From an uncultured Acidimicrobiaceae bacterium (GTDB lineage Bacteria > Actinomycetota > Acidimicrobiia > Acidimicrobiales > SZUA-35), in contig CAMYLA010000011.1 in assembly GCA_947259095.1 (NCBI GenBank), forward strand, positions 516-64,515: DNA of 64,000 nt. Reading direction: 5' to 3'. Of this stretch, positions 1-9,655 are shown in pieces. Position 1 is the first letter of the stretch. Every line of letters starts with the position of its first letter. Under the pieces are notes generated by a model that did no database searches, was not told where the DNA came from, and saw only the letters and a list, made by a program, of their open reading frames with translations. The position numbers and the translations under genes were made by a program.

Positions 1-85
1 CTGTCTGGGGTACCGTGCTCGGCGGCAAGCCGTTTCCCGCCGATCAAACCACCGCCGTCGCCGGGGGCTGACGCCGGGCTTTCGC

Positions 86-1006
86 TCAGAGGACGGCGGT
101 GCCGTCGACGTAGCCGAGCGCCAGGAGTTCGACATCGGGGAGGCGATGCCGCAGCTCGGCCTCGATCGGGGCCACGTCGGTGTCGACCGAGAACCCGGGA
201 AGCCAATTGTCGTGGTGGCCGAGGATGACCTTCGACGGCTGCAGCAACTCGGCCTGGCCGGCCACGAACTGGGCCAGCGAACCCTGGATCGGTTCCCCGT
301 CGATGTTGCCCCGACCGGCTGCGGCCAGGATGGCCACGTCGATGTTCGGCAGCTCATCGATGATCCCGGTCCAATGGCCGGAGGTGTCCTGGTAGAACAG
401 GGTGCCGTCCGGGGTCTCGATGACGTAGACCAGTGCCCCGCCGTCGCCCCGGTCGCCCTGGTTGCTGGCCCGCAGGTGGTCGACCGCCTCGGGGGCCAGT
501 TCCGTGTTGAGATAGCCGGCCAACTGCTCGAGCCGATGCTGGCGCTGGTGCCAGGTCACGCCGAGGTCGCCAAGGCACTCCTGGTCGGGCTGGCCCATCT
601 CGGCATGGCTCCACACACAGGAGTGGAGGCTGGGGTACACCTTGACCCTGACCCCCTCGCCGAGCTCGATGGTCTCGCCGCCGGCAACGCAGATCATCTG
701 GTCGACATCGACACCGGCCGCTTCCATGACCCGCACCGTCTCATAACTCCCGATGATCGTAGCCCCGGTGTTGGCGGCGATTCGTTCTGCGCCGTACAGA
801 TGATCGAAGTGGGAATGGCCGATCAGGATCCAGTCGGCCCGGTCTATGTCGTCGGCCCGCAGTCCGGGTCCGGCGGCGCCCGCCGCCCGATCGATGTAGG
901 CGTCGAGGAAGATGGTCAGCGGGTCGGCCGAGCGGCCACCGCCGGTCCGCAGCCGGAACGTGGCGCAGCCGTACCAGTCGAGTGAGGTCCCACCGTGGCC
1001 GGTCAT
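86..1006 (-). CDS. MBL-fold metallo-hydrolase
   Basis: From ORF 86..1048. The H-x-H-x-D-H metal motif is visible as LIGHSHFDHLYG. I place the start at ATG 1006 because it forms an ATGA start/stop overlap with the TGA (1003-1005) of the upstream gene. A start at 1048 remains possible. Confidence 0.8.
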   Translation of the reverse strand: MTGHGGTSLDWYGCATFRLRTGGGRSADPLTIFLDAYIDRAAGAAGPGLRADDIDRADWILIGHSHFDHLYGAERIAANTGATIIGSYETVRVMEAAGVDVDQMICVAGGETIELGEGVRVKVYPSLHSCVWSHAEMGQPDQECLGDLGVTWHQRQHRLEQLAGYLNTELAPEAVDHLRASNQGDRGDGGALVYVIETPDGTLFYQDTSGHWTGIIDELPNIDVAILAAAGRGNIDGEPIQGSLAQFVAGQAELLQPSKVILGHHDNWLPGFSVDTDVAPIEAELRHRLPDVELLALGYVDGTAVL

Positions 1007-3306
1007 GTCGTCACCGGCTCGAGGCGGGCCGGAATGTGTTTGTGCCACGGCGTCCCGGCGATCGGATCGCGCCAGTCGGTGGTCGTCAGCTCGTTCGGAG
1101 CGACACCGGTGAGTTCCGGCTCCCCTCCGGCCGGGGCGTACCCGAGCCCCAGCCCGTTGGGGATGGCCACATGACCGTTCATCATCGTGTCGTTGACCTC
1201 GGCCACCGCCACCGCACTCCCACCGGGGGTGGTGACCCGGACCCGATCACCGGTTTCGACACCAAGACCGGCAGCGTCGCCGGGGCTGAGCCGCAAGGCC
1301 CCCTCCGGATCCCGTTTTCGCCAGGCCGGATCGCGGATGATCGTGTTGGCCGTGAAGCTCCGGCGCTCCCCAGCCGACAGGACGAACGGGAAGTCCTCGG
1401 TGGTGTGGTCGGTTTCGGCCTCCGGGAGCGCTCGGAGCGCGTCGAGCAATTCGGGAATGGCCAGGTTGATCTTCTGGTCCGGGGTCCGCAGCAGATCGAA
1501 GGCCTGGCCTTGCTCGTGTCGGGTGAAGGCCACCCCGTCGGGATTGGCGATCATCGCCTCGAACAATCTGTCGCCGAGCGCCGGTCCCTCGCCATCGTGG
1601 CCCGCCGCCCTGACCTGGTCCGGATGGCGCAGGGCGACCTGTTGGGCGCTGAACCACAGCACCGCGGCACCCTCCATCCCGGCCGGCAGTGTCCGGCCCA
1701 GGGTCTCGTACAGCACCACCGGGCCGACGGCGGCCAGCGTCGGGTTGGCGGTGGCGGCGGCCATGAACGCCTCACCGAATGCCGCCGAGCCGCGATCGGC
1801 GGCGGCCCGGAGGGGTTCGAGATCATCGTCGTCGATCGCCCCCAGCGCCCGGACCAGGCGGCTGTGGATCTCCGGCTCCGGAAGGGTGCCGTCGAGCGGC
1901 GCCAGGATCGGGGGCCGGATGCAGCAACGGTTCTCGGGGAACGCCATGTTGAAGAAGGTGGTCTCGACCTTCTCGTACTGGGATGCCGCCGGCAACACGT
2001 AGTCGGCCTGCTCCGCAGTCTCGGTCATCGCCACATCGATCACCACCGAGAAGTCGAGCGACCGCATGGCCCGGCGGAACTTGTCGGAGTCGGCCAGGGA
2101 GTGCACCGGGTTCGCGCTCTCGATGATCATGGCCCTGGTCCGCTGCGGTGAGTCGCTGAGCACACCATCGGCGATCTCGTTGCAGGGCACGAGCCCGGAG
2201 ATGATGGCACCACCGGTGACCGGATCGGTGGGCTCCGATCCCGAGGCCCCGTAGCTGAACAACGGGGCCATGGCGGTGTGGGCGGTCATGGCCCCCGGCT
2301 TGGCGAAGCTGCCGAGCAACACCCATACCGCCCGCTGCAGGTAGGAGACCAACGTCGAATGGGGTGCCATCTCGATGCCAAGATCCTCATAGACCGACAC
2401 GCTCTCGGCCGCCGCCAGGCGGCGGGCCACCTCCCGGATCCGGGCCTCGTCGATCCCGCAGCGCTCGGCGAACGAGCCGATCGGCACGGTCTCGAAGGCG
2501 GCGATCGTCTCCTCGACACCCCGACCGTTGGCCGCCAGCCACCGGGTGGCCACCAACCCCTCCTCGACCAGGACCGCTCCGATCGCAGCCAGCAGGAACG
2601 CGTCGGTTCCCGGCTTCGCCGGCAGCCAGAAGTCGGCCAGGTCGGCCGTCTCGGTGCGCCGGGGATCGATCACCACCATCGACCGTGACCCGTCTGCGGC
2701 GATCTCCTTCAACACCCGCCGGGTCTCGTCGAACCCGTGCGAGTGCCAGGGGTTCTTGCCGAGAAAGACCGAGACCTCGGCCTTGTGGAACTCGCCGTGG
2801 GTATGGGTGCCGAACATCCGACCCTCGACCCAGGCCTCCCCGGTCTTCTCCTGGGCCAATGCGTTCGACCGCCGGGTGATGCCGAGGGCCTTGCGGGTCG
2901 CCGAACCGTAGGCGCCGCAGAGATGGTTGCCCTGGCCGCCGCCGCCGTAGTACATGATCTTGTCGCCGCCCCGCTCTTCGGCCACCCGCCGCAGGGCGTC
3001 TGCGATCTCGGCGATGGCGGTGTCCCAGTCGACGGCGACCCAGCCGCCGTCGTCGAGGCGTTTCATCGGCGTCGTCAACCGACTGGTGGCGTTCTGGTAG
3101 TGATCGAGGCGGAGCGCCTTCTCGCAGGTGTACCCCTTCGACGAGACGTGGGCCTTGTTGCCCCGGACCCTCGTGATGGTCCGCCCATCGAGTCGGACCT
3201 CGACACCGCAGTTGTTGCTGCACAGTACGCAGACGGTCTTGTGCCACACGGTGGTCGGGTCGGCCTGGTCGGTGGTGAGCGCCGGTCGTTTTGCCAGGTC
3301 GGTCAT
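1003..3306 (-). CDS. molybdopterin (MopB / formate-dehydrogenase-like) oxidoreductase, cytoplasmic type
   Basis: A 767-aa ORF. The N-terminal 4Fe-4S cysteine cluster reads CVLCSNNCGVEV...GYTCEK. Size and overall pattern fit molybdopterin oxidoreductases. No twin-arginine signal is seen at the N-terminus. Confidence 0.85.
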   Translation of the reverse strand: MTDLAKRPALTTDQADPTTVWHKTVCVLCSNNCGVEVRLDGRTITRVRGNKAHVSSKGYTCEKALRLDHYQNATSRLTTPMKRLDDGGWVAVDWDTAIAEIADALRRVAEERGGDKIMYYGGGGQGNHLCGAYGSATRKALGITRRSNALAQEKTGEAWVEGRMFGTHTHGEFHKAEVSVFLGKNPWHSHGFDETRRVLKEIAADGSRSMVVIDPRRTETADLADFWLPAKPGTDAFLLAAIGAVLVEEGLVATRWLAANGRGVEETIAAFETVPIGSFAERCGIDEARIREVARRLAAAESVSVYEDLGIEMAPHSTLVSYLQRAVWVLLGSFAKPGAMTAHTAMAPLFSYGASGSEPTDPVTGGAIISGLVPCNEIADGVLSDSPQRTRAMIIESANPVHSLADSDKFRRAMRSLDFSVVIDVAMTETAEQADYVLPAASQYEKVETTFFNMAFPENRCCIRPPILAPLDGTLPEPEIHSRLVRALGAIDDDDLEPLRAAADRGSAAFGEAFMAAATANPTLAAVGPVVLYETLGRTLPAGMEGAAVLWFSAQQVALRHPDQVRAAGHDGEGPALGDRLFEAMIANPDGVAFTRHEQGQAFDLLRTPDQKINLAIPELLDALRALPEAETDHTTEDFPFVLSAGERRSFTANTIIRDPAWRKRDPEGALRLSPGDAAGLGVETGDRVRVTTPGGSAVAVAEVNDTMMNGHVAIPNGLGLGYAPAGGEPELTGVAPNELTTTDWRDPIAGTPWHKHIPARLEPVTT

Positions 3307-3513
3307 CAGGGCTCCTCGCAGGGTCGGGTCGGGCCGAAGGTGTCACCGCAGCGACTCGGCAGCCGGTCCCGTTCGTTACCGCAGGACACTACCGGCGGCA
3401 CCTCCGCCAGGCCAAGGCGTTGCCGGCCGGGCGAGGGCCTCGGGGTGCCTGCACCACCCGACCGAACCCGCTTCCGGCTCGACGATCGAGCCGGGAGCTG
3501 CGATCCTCACCCG

Positions 3514-5142
3514 ATGGCCGCTCCCGAGTCCAGCTTGTGGGATCACTACACCGCCACGGTGGCCGCCGACCCAGACAGGTGGGCGGTGGCCGATCAACAG
3601 GGTCGTCGGCTGACCCATCGGGAGCTGCAGGAGCTGGCCGGGAGGGCCTCGGCCGGCTTTGCCGCCTCCGGACTGGGACCCGGATCGATCATCGGTGTGT
3701 TCCTCCCCAACAGGGTCAGCTGGCCGGTGCTGGCCCTGGCCGCAGCCCATTCCGGGATCGGCGTGCTCGGTCTCAACACCCGCTTCCGCCGGGCTGAGCT
3801 CAACCACCTGCTCGGGGTGGCCGAGATCGATGTCGTGGTGGTGGCCGACCAGTTCCTCGGCATCGACGGACCGACGCTGTTCGACCGGCTGGACCGCCCG
3901 GTCCAGGTCATCGTCGACCCCGGCGATGACGGCATCGGCCCGGCGGACGACGCCATGACGGCATCGACCGAGCTGTTGTCCGACCTGCTGAGCGACCGGC
4001 CGGGTGAGGCGGTCGGGGCCGGCGAACATCCGCTGATCGGGTTCACCACATCGGGAACCACCGGCCTGCCCAAGATCGCCATGCACACCCAGCGCCAGAC
4101 GCACCATCACCTGGTGGCCGTCATCGACCGTTTCGGCCTCGGCGCCGACACGGTCACCCTGGCCCCGCTTCCCCTGTGCGGCGCCTTCGGCTACACCGCG
4201 GCCATGGCCACCCTGTTGGCCGGCGGTGCGGTTGCGGCCCACGAGACCTGGTCGGCCGACGCAGCAGCAGCGGCCATCGACGAGGAAGGGGTCACGTTCT
4301 TCAACGCCAGCGACGACATGCTGCTCGGCCTGGCCAGCAGCGATCGGTTCCGGGTCGACACCACCTGGACCCTCGGCGGGTTCGCCGACTTCACAAACGC
4401 CGGAGCGGAGGCGGTGGCCACCATCGAGGAGATCACCGCCGGGGCGACGAGGCTGGCCGGCCTCTACGGCTCCTCCGAGGGCTTCGCCCTGATGTCGACC
4501 TGGGACAGGCGGGCCCCACAATCGGAGCGGGTCCGAAACGGCGGGTTCCTCGTGTCCCCCGACATGGCCGTTCGCTGCTGCGACCCCGAAAGCGGTGCGA
4601 GGCTGCGCAACGGTGAACCGGGCGAGCTGCAGTTCAGGGGACCGAATCTCATCACCGGGTACCTGAACAATCCCGATGCCGACCAGCGAGCCTTCACCGA
4701 CGATGGTTGGTACCGATCCGGCGACCTCGGCCAGACCGTCGAACCGGACGGCGACGGCCACCAGGGCTTCATCTATCTGGCCAGGCTCGGCGACACCCTG
4801 CGGCTGCGGGGCTTCCTGTGCGACCCGGCCGAGATCGAACACCACCTCGAGCTCCATCGGAGGGTCGAGCTGGCCCAGGTGGTCGGGGTCAGGCGGCCCG
4901 GCGTCGGTGACGTGGCGGTCGGATTCGTCCTGTTGAGCGACTGCAATCAGGATGCCAAACCGGTGAACGAGGCCGATCTCCTGGCCCACTGCCACCAGGG
5001 GCTGGCCAACTACAAGCGGCCGGAGCGGATCATCTTCGTCGAGGACTTCCCGGTCACCGACGGACCGAATGGCACCAAGATTCGCAAGGTCGACCTTCGG
5101 GAACGGGCCGCCAGGTTGCTCGGCGTCGGCACCGAGCGTTGA
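3514..5142 (+). CDS. AMP-dependent synthetase/ligase (acyl-CoA synthetase family)
   Basis: The AMP-binding P-loop is visible as FTTSGTTGLPK, and the C-terminal end carries GTKIRK. ORF 2737..5142 is trimmed to ATG 3514 (MAAPESSLWDHY...) because the upstream part runs antisense to the oxidoreductase gene and is not protein-like. Confidence 0.85.
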   Translation: MAAPESSLWDHYTATVAADPDRWAVADQQGRRLTHRELQELAGRASAGFAASGLGPGSIIGVFLPNRVSWPVLALAAAHSGIGVLGLNTRFRRAELNHLLGVAEIDVVVVADQFLGIDGPTLFDRLDRPVQVIVDPGDDGIGPADDAMTASTELLSDLLSDRPGEAVGAGEHPLIGFTTSGTTGLPKIAMHTQRQTHHHLVAVIDRFGLGADTVTLAPLPLCGAFGYTAAMATLLAGGAVAAHETWSADAAAAAIDEEGVTFFNASDDMLLGLASSDRFRVDTTWTLGGFADFTNAGAEAVATIEEITAGATRLAGLYGSSEGFALMSTWDRRAPQSERVRNGGFLVSPDMAVRCCDPESGARLRNGEPGELQFRGPNLITGYLNNPDADQRAFTDDGWYRSGDLGQTVEPDGDGHQGFIYLARLGDTLRLRGFLCDPAEIEHHLELHRRVELAQVVGVRRPGVGDVAVGFVLLSDCNQDAKPVNEADLLAHCHQGLANYKRPERIIFVEDFPVTDGPNGTKIRKVDLRERAARLLGVGTER

Positions 5143-5221
5143 CGGGGCCCAACCGGGGCGACCGGCCCGACGCCCACCCGGCTGGCGGTGCAACGGCCGT
5201 GACGCTACAACTGGCAGTCCT

Positions 5222-6916
5222 ATGGCAGACACCCCACACCCGATGACGTTCGACGAGGCCTGCGATGCGGTCTGTGGCCCGGGCACCATGTTCGAGATCA
5301 CCGAGGCCGACGTCGACGGCGTCCCCACCAAGCTGTTCGTCAACGCCCCGCCGAGCCTCGGGGCCCTCTACGGCCTGGCCGCAGCCCGCGACGACGAGTT
5401 CATCGTGTACGAGGACGAGCGTTGGACCATGCCGGAGCTGCTGGCGATGGCGGGCCGTATCGGGCACGTACTGGTTGAGCACCATGGCGTTGCCAAGGGT
5501 GATCGTGTCGCCATCGCCATGCGCAACTACCCGGAGTGGATTGCCGCCTTCATGGCCATCACCACCATCGGCGCGGTGGCGGTACCGCTCAACGCCTGGT
5601 GGCAGAGCGACGAGCTGACCTACGCCATCGAAGACTCCGGCACCTCGGTCATCATCGCCGACCGGGACCGGCTCGATCGCCTCGATACCGCAGGCAGCGA
5701 GGCGGTGAGCCACGCCAAGGTGATCGCAGTGCGGTGCGAGGGCCGGCTGCCGCCCGGAGCGGTGGCCCTGGAGGATCTCATGACCGGCGACGCCACCATG
5801 CCCGTCGTCGACGTCGGCCCCGACGACGACGTCACCATTCTCTACACCTCGGGCACCACCGGCCATCCGAAGGGAGCGGTCAGCACCCATCTGGCGGTCA
5901 TCCACGCACTGATGTGCTTTGCCGCCAGGGCGCAGGTCGGGGCGTTGTACGAGCCGCCGCAAGACGACGCGGCCGAGCCGCCCCAGACCACGTTCATGCT
6001 GTCGGTCCCGCTGTTCCACGTCACCGGGCTGGTGCCGGTCATGCTTGGCTCGATCATCAGCGGGGCCAAACTGGTGATGACCCATCGCTGGGATCCCGAC
6101 CGGGCCCTGGAGCTGATCGAGCGGGAGGGGGTCAGCAACTTCGTCGGTGTACCGACCATGAGTTGGGATCTCCTCGAGGCCCCGAGCTGGGGAAGCCGTG
6201 ATGTCTCCACCCTGCGCTCGATCGGCGGTGGGGGCGCACCGATGCCCCCGGAGCTGGTGAAGCGTATCGACGACAACTTCCCAAAGGGTCGGCCGGGGCT
6301 CGGCTACGGGATGACCGAAACCAACGCCTACGGTCCGCAGAACTCCGGCCAGGACTTCCTGGACCACCCCCGCTCGACCGGCCGCCTGATCCCGATCGTG
6401 GAGATGCGGGTCACCGATCCCGAGGGGAACGAGCTGCCGACGGGCGAAACCGGCGAGCTGTGGTTTCGGGGACCGTCGCTGATCAGGGGCTACTGGAACC
6501 GGCCGGCCGACACCGCCGAGACCATCGTCGACGGCTGGCTGCGATCGGGCGACATCGGCAGAATCGACGACGACGGCTTCGTCTATGTCAGCGATCGAGC
6601 CAAAGACATGGTGCTGCGGGGTGGGGAGAACATCTACTGCATCGAGGTCGAGGCGGCGATCTACGAACATCCCGCGGTGTACGAGGCCGCGGTCTACGGC
6701 ATCCCCGACGAGCGACTGGGCGAAGACCTGGCGTGCCACGTGATGGTGAAACCCGGCCAGACCCTCGAGCCGGCGGAGCTCCAGCAGTTCCTCGGTGAGC
6801 GGTTGGCCAAGTTCAAGGTCCCGGCCAGGGTGGCGGTCGTGAACGACTCGCTGCCGAGAAACGCCGCAGGCAAGATCCTCAAACGGCAACTCCGGGACGA
6901 GCTGGCGCCCGGCTGA
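5222..6916 (+). CDS. AMP-dependent synthetase/ligase (fatty-acid-CoA ligase family)
   Basis: Motifs ILYTSGTTGHPKG, GYGMTET, and WLRSGDIG...DRAKD, plus a C-terminal GKILKR. The start is set to ATG 5222 (MADTPHPMTF...). Confidence 0.85.
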   Translation: MADTPHPMTFDEACDAVCGPGTMFEITEADVDGVPTKLFVNAPPSLGALYGLAAARDDEFIVYEDERWTMPELLAMAGRIGHVLVEHHGVAKGDRVAIAMRNYPEWIAAFMAITTIGAVAVPLNAWWQSDELTYAIEDSGTSVIIADRDRLDRLDTAGSEAVSHAKVIAVRCEGRLPPGAVALEDLMTGDATMPVVDVGPDDDVTILYTSGTTGHPKGAVSTHLAVIHALMCFAARAQVGALYEPPQDDAAEPPQTTFMLSVPLFHVTGLVPVMLGSIISGAKLVMTHRWDPDRALELIEREGVSNFVGVPTMSWDLLEAPSWGSRDVSTLRSIGGGGAPMPPELVKRIDDNFPKGRPGLGYGMTETNAYGPQNSGQDFLDHPRSTGRLIPIVEMRVTDPEGNELPTGETGELWFRGPSLIRGYWNRPADTAETIVDGWLRSGDIGRIDDDGFVYVSDRAKDMVLRGGENIYCIEVEAAIYEHPAVYEAAVYGIPDERLGEDLACHVMVKPGQTLEPAELQQFLGERLAKFKVPARVAVVNDSLPRNAAGKILKRQLRDELAPG

Positions 6917-6949
6917 TCGACGAGGGCCGATCGACGGTCCAGCCTGCTG

Positions 6950-8308
6950 TCAGGGGCCGACTCGGCCCTGTTCTTCTCGGACCTGGCCGATGCCCTCCTG
7001 GAGCAATGAGAAACAGACCAGCCACGCCGCTGCGCCCAGGACGGCGAACTTGACGTAGAACAGGCTGGGGATCGGGCTGCTCCAGGCGGTGTGGAGGGCC
7101 ACCGCAAGGACCATGACCCGCCAGAACCGCGGGTCTCTCAGGTGCTCGATCCTGAGCGGCTGCGAACCCTTGACCCGCCACAGCGCGCCGGCGGTGATGG
7201 CGGTCCACACCACATGGCCGAACGGCGAGAGCAGCCCCCGAAGCACGATGTTGTCGATCACATCGCCGTTGTCGAGGGCGAACAGTGCGGCAACCAGCGC
7301 ATACCCGGCAGACTCGAATGCGGCGAACCCGGCACCGATGGCCGCCCCGAACAGCATGCCGTTGAGCACGAATCGGTGCTGCACCCGGCGGGCCACCAGG
7401 ACGACCGCCAACAACTTGGCCGGTTCCTCGATCAGGCCGGCCACCATGGCCCCCAACCAGGGGAAGTCGAACAACTCGAAGCCGAGCAGGGAGAACAGCA
7501 GAGACGCGGTGCCGCCCAGGAACACCATCCGCAACACCGCCACCACCGAGACGTTTTTCGGGAGGTTGACCTCGAAGAAGAACAGCAGCGCGGTGACCGG
7601 CATGGCGAACGAGCCGACGATGATGAGCCCCGGCAACAGGGTGATGGCCCCGAAAACCGTCCAGCCGGCGAGGAACAGGGCGAACACGACGCCGGTTGCC
7701 AGCAGCGTCCTGGCGAACAGCCACGGCTGGGGCCACTCGGCCGTCACCGTCGACAGCGGCGGTGTGGTGACCGCGGTTCCCACCATCAGCTCCGCCTCGA
7801 CGTCGGCCTGCGGGCGGCGACGGAAGCTGTTGGCGAACAGGCGTCGGAGACTGAACGAGTCGTCGAGTCGTTCGACGCTGGCTGCGCCGGCGACCCGGTC
7901 GGCCACCGCATCGAGCCGATCCCGCAGCGATCGCTCGGTCCCGGCATCCTCGGCCGCCGCCGAAGATGGCACAGACGACGAAGACGGCGCAGACGACGTC
8001 GACGCAGTCGACGCGGTCGACCATTCGATCCGCTTGGTCTTGTCTGGCACCGACGATGGCACCGTCGGGTCCTGGTCCGTGACCGCCCCATCGACCCCCG
8101 CATCCGCCTCGGGCGGGTAGAGGACGAAGCGTTCGGGCGGGGCCGGATCTGCGATTGAGCGGTCCGCCCAATCTGGTGGGGTCGGCGCCGCGGCCCGATC
8201 CGGTTGCCGTTGACCGGCCGAGTCCGGCCAGCCGGTGGAGCTCCAACCGCGCTCGCCGGGCCGGGGCAGCTCCCGGTGCTCGATCGTCTGATCGGCGTCG
8301 TCGGTCAT
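6950..8308 (-). CDS. prsW: PrsW-family intramembrane protease with a long N-terminal extension
   Basis: The multi-TM C-terminal half carries PrsW-type motifs: GLIEEPAKLLAVV, GAGFAAFESAGYA and PFGHVVWTAITAG. About 190 aa at the N-terminus are non-membrane and include an S/T/A-rich low-complexity stretch. The exact start is uncertain. Confidence 0.7.
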   Translation of the reverse strand: MTDDADQTIEHRELPRPGERGWSSTGWPDSAGQRQPDRAAAPTPPDWADRSIADPAPPERFVLYPPEADAGVDGAVTDQDPTVPSSVPDKTKRIEWSTASTASTSSAPSSSSVPSSAAAEDAGTERSLRDRLDAVADRVAGAASVERLDDSFSLRRLFANSFRRRPQADVEAELMVGTAVTTPPLSTVTAEWPQPWLFARTLLATGVVFALFLAGWTVFGAITLLPGLIIVGSFAMPVTALLFFFEVNLPKNVSVVAVLRMVFLGGTASLLFSLLGFELFDFPWLGAMVAGLIEEPAKLLAVVLVARRVQHRFVLNGMLFGAAIGAGFAAFESAGYALVAALFALDNGDVIDNIVLRGLLSPFGHVVWTAITAGALWRVKGSQPLRIEHLRDPRFWRVMVLAVALHTAWSSPIPSLFYVKFAVLGAAAWLVCFSLLQEGIGQVREEQGRVGP

Positions 8309-8447
8309 GCGGTCTCGGGAGCCACCCGGTTGAACGCAGCCGTTGCGACGGGCGCAGAACGCTGGATGTCGATGCTTCCCATGGCACCGTCGACCCTAGC
8401 AGCCACCCACCGGCCCGGCGGTGGCGCCACCGGCCATCGGCCGGCGA

Positions 8448-9611
8448 TCAGCGAGCGGGAATGGTCGATCGGTCCAGGCGATCGGCCAGCTCGTCGAGCC
8501 GGGTACAGCCGACCTGGGCCATGGTGTTGATCAGCCCTTCCCGGAGGATCTCGTAGGCGTGGCCGGGGCCCTCATCACCAGCCGCACCGAGTCCGAACAT
8601 GAACGCCCGCCCACAGAAGACGAAGCTGGCGCCGAGGGCGATGGCCCGGGCCACGTCGAGCCCGGACCGGACCCCGGAGTCGAACAGCACCGGTACGGCA
8701 TCGCCGATGCGTTCCACGATGGCCGGCAGGCTGTCGATTGCCGGCGGCACCGCATCGAGTTGGCGACCGCCGTGGTTCGACACCTGGACCGCATCGGCAC
8801 CGGTGTCCACACAGCGCTGGGCATCATCGACATCGACGATGCCCTTCACCACCAGCGGACCGTCCCACAGCTCCCGAACCTCGGCCAGGTACTCCCAGGA
8901 CAGGGTGCCACCCAGGTTGGCCCCGACGAACCCGGCGGTGCTCCGCATCGTGGCATCGTCGATGTACTTCTCCAAGGTCCGGAATCGGGGCAGGCCGTGA
9001 CGCAGCACACCGATGCTCCACGCCGGATGGATGGCGGACTGGGCCACGAGGGTCGGACCGATCACCGGTGGGACCCGGACCCGGGCCTTGCGCTGACGCT
9101 CCCGCCGGCTGGCCGCCGGTACGTCGGCGGTGACCACCAGGGCCGTGAAACCGGATGCCCGGACCCGCTCCAGCAGGTCGGCCCGCAACGACGGATCCCG
9201 AGGTGGGTAGAGCTGGAACCAGCCCATGCCATCGGCGTTGGGGCCGGCGACCTCGGGTTTCTCAGTGGCCACCGTGCTCATGGTGTACGGGATACGCTTC
9301 GCCGCCGCGGTCGTGGCCAGGGCGGCGTCGGCCCCGGGCCAGATGAGACCGGTCAACCCCACCGGGGCGATGCCGATCGGCGCCGCATAGGTGATGCCGA
9401 AGAGCTCTGTCTCGATCGAGGGCTCCAATGGCCCCTTGAGCAACTGCGGGATCAGCTGGACCCGGGCCATGCCGTCGAGGTTGTTCTGCACCGCCCGATC
9501 GTCGCCGGTGCCGCTGGCCAGGTACTCCCAGGCGAAGTGGGGAATGCGTTTGCCGGCTCGACGCTCAAGATCGTCGATGCCGGGCATGGTGTCCATCAGG
9601 TTGCTGGCCAT
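8448..9611 (-). CDS. FMN-dependent alpha-hydroxy-acid dehydrogenase/oxidase (L-lactate dehydrogenase / glycolate oxidase family)
   Basis: Motifs [25 protein letters not shown] and WFQLY. ORF 8448..10541 is trimmed to ATG 9611 ([14 protein letters not shown]...) because the upstream part runs antisense or out of frame through the carboxylase gene. Confidence 0.85.
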   Translation of the reverse strand: MASNLMDTMPGIDDLERRAGKRIPHFAWEYLASGTGDDRAVQNNLDGMARVQLIPQLLKGPLEPSIETELFGITYAAPIGIAPVGLTGLIWPGADAALATTAAAKRIPYTMSTVATEKPEVAGPNADGMGWFQLYPPRDPSLRADLLERVRASGFTALVVTADVPAASRRERQRKARVRVPPVIGPTLVAQSAIHPAWSIGVLRHGLPRFRTLEKYIDDATMRSTAGFVGANLGGTLSWEYLAEVRELWDGPLVVKGIVDVDDAQRCVDTGADAVQVSNHGGRQLDAVPPAIDSLPAIVERIGDAVPVLFDSGVRSGLDVARAIALGASFVFCGRAFMFGLGAAGDEGPGHAYEILREGLINTMAQVGCTRLDELADRLDRSTIPAR

Positions 9612-9655
9612 CGGTCGGTGCCTCTCGATTCGCTCCACGGCGCGTTGCAGCACCA

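Noticed and set aside
3-71. Possible C-terminal 22 codons (VWGTVLGGKPFPADQTTAVAGG-stop) of a plus-strand gene entering the window.
   Set aside because: It is too short to evaluate. There is no motif, and the composition is compatible with coding but not diagnostic.
2737-3513. 5' extensions of track ORFs. Examples: 2737..3513, 9612..10541, 13358..13495, 14127..14459, 42150..42257, 44787..45452, 57540..58025.
   Set aside because: The extensions overlap neighbouring well-supported genes or divergent promoters and are not protein-like. Internal starts give family-typical N-termini and sizes, often with an SD sequence or a start/stop overlap.
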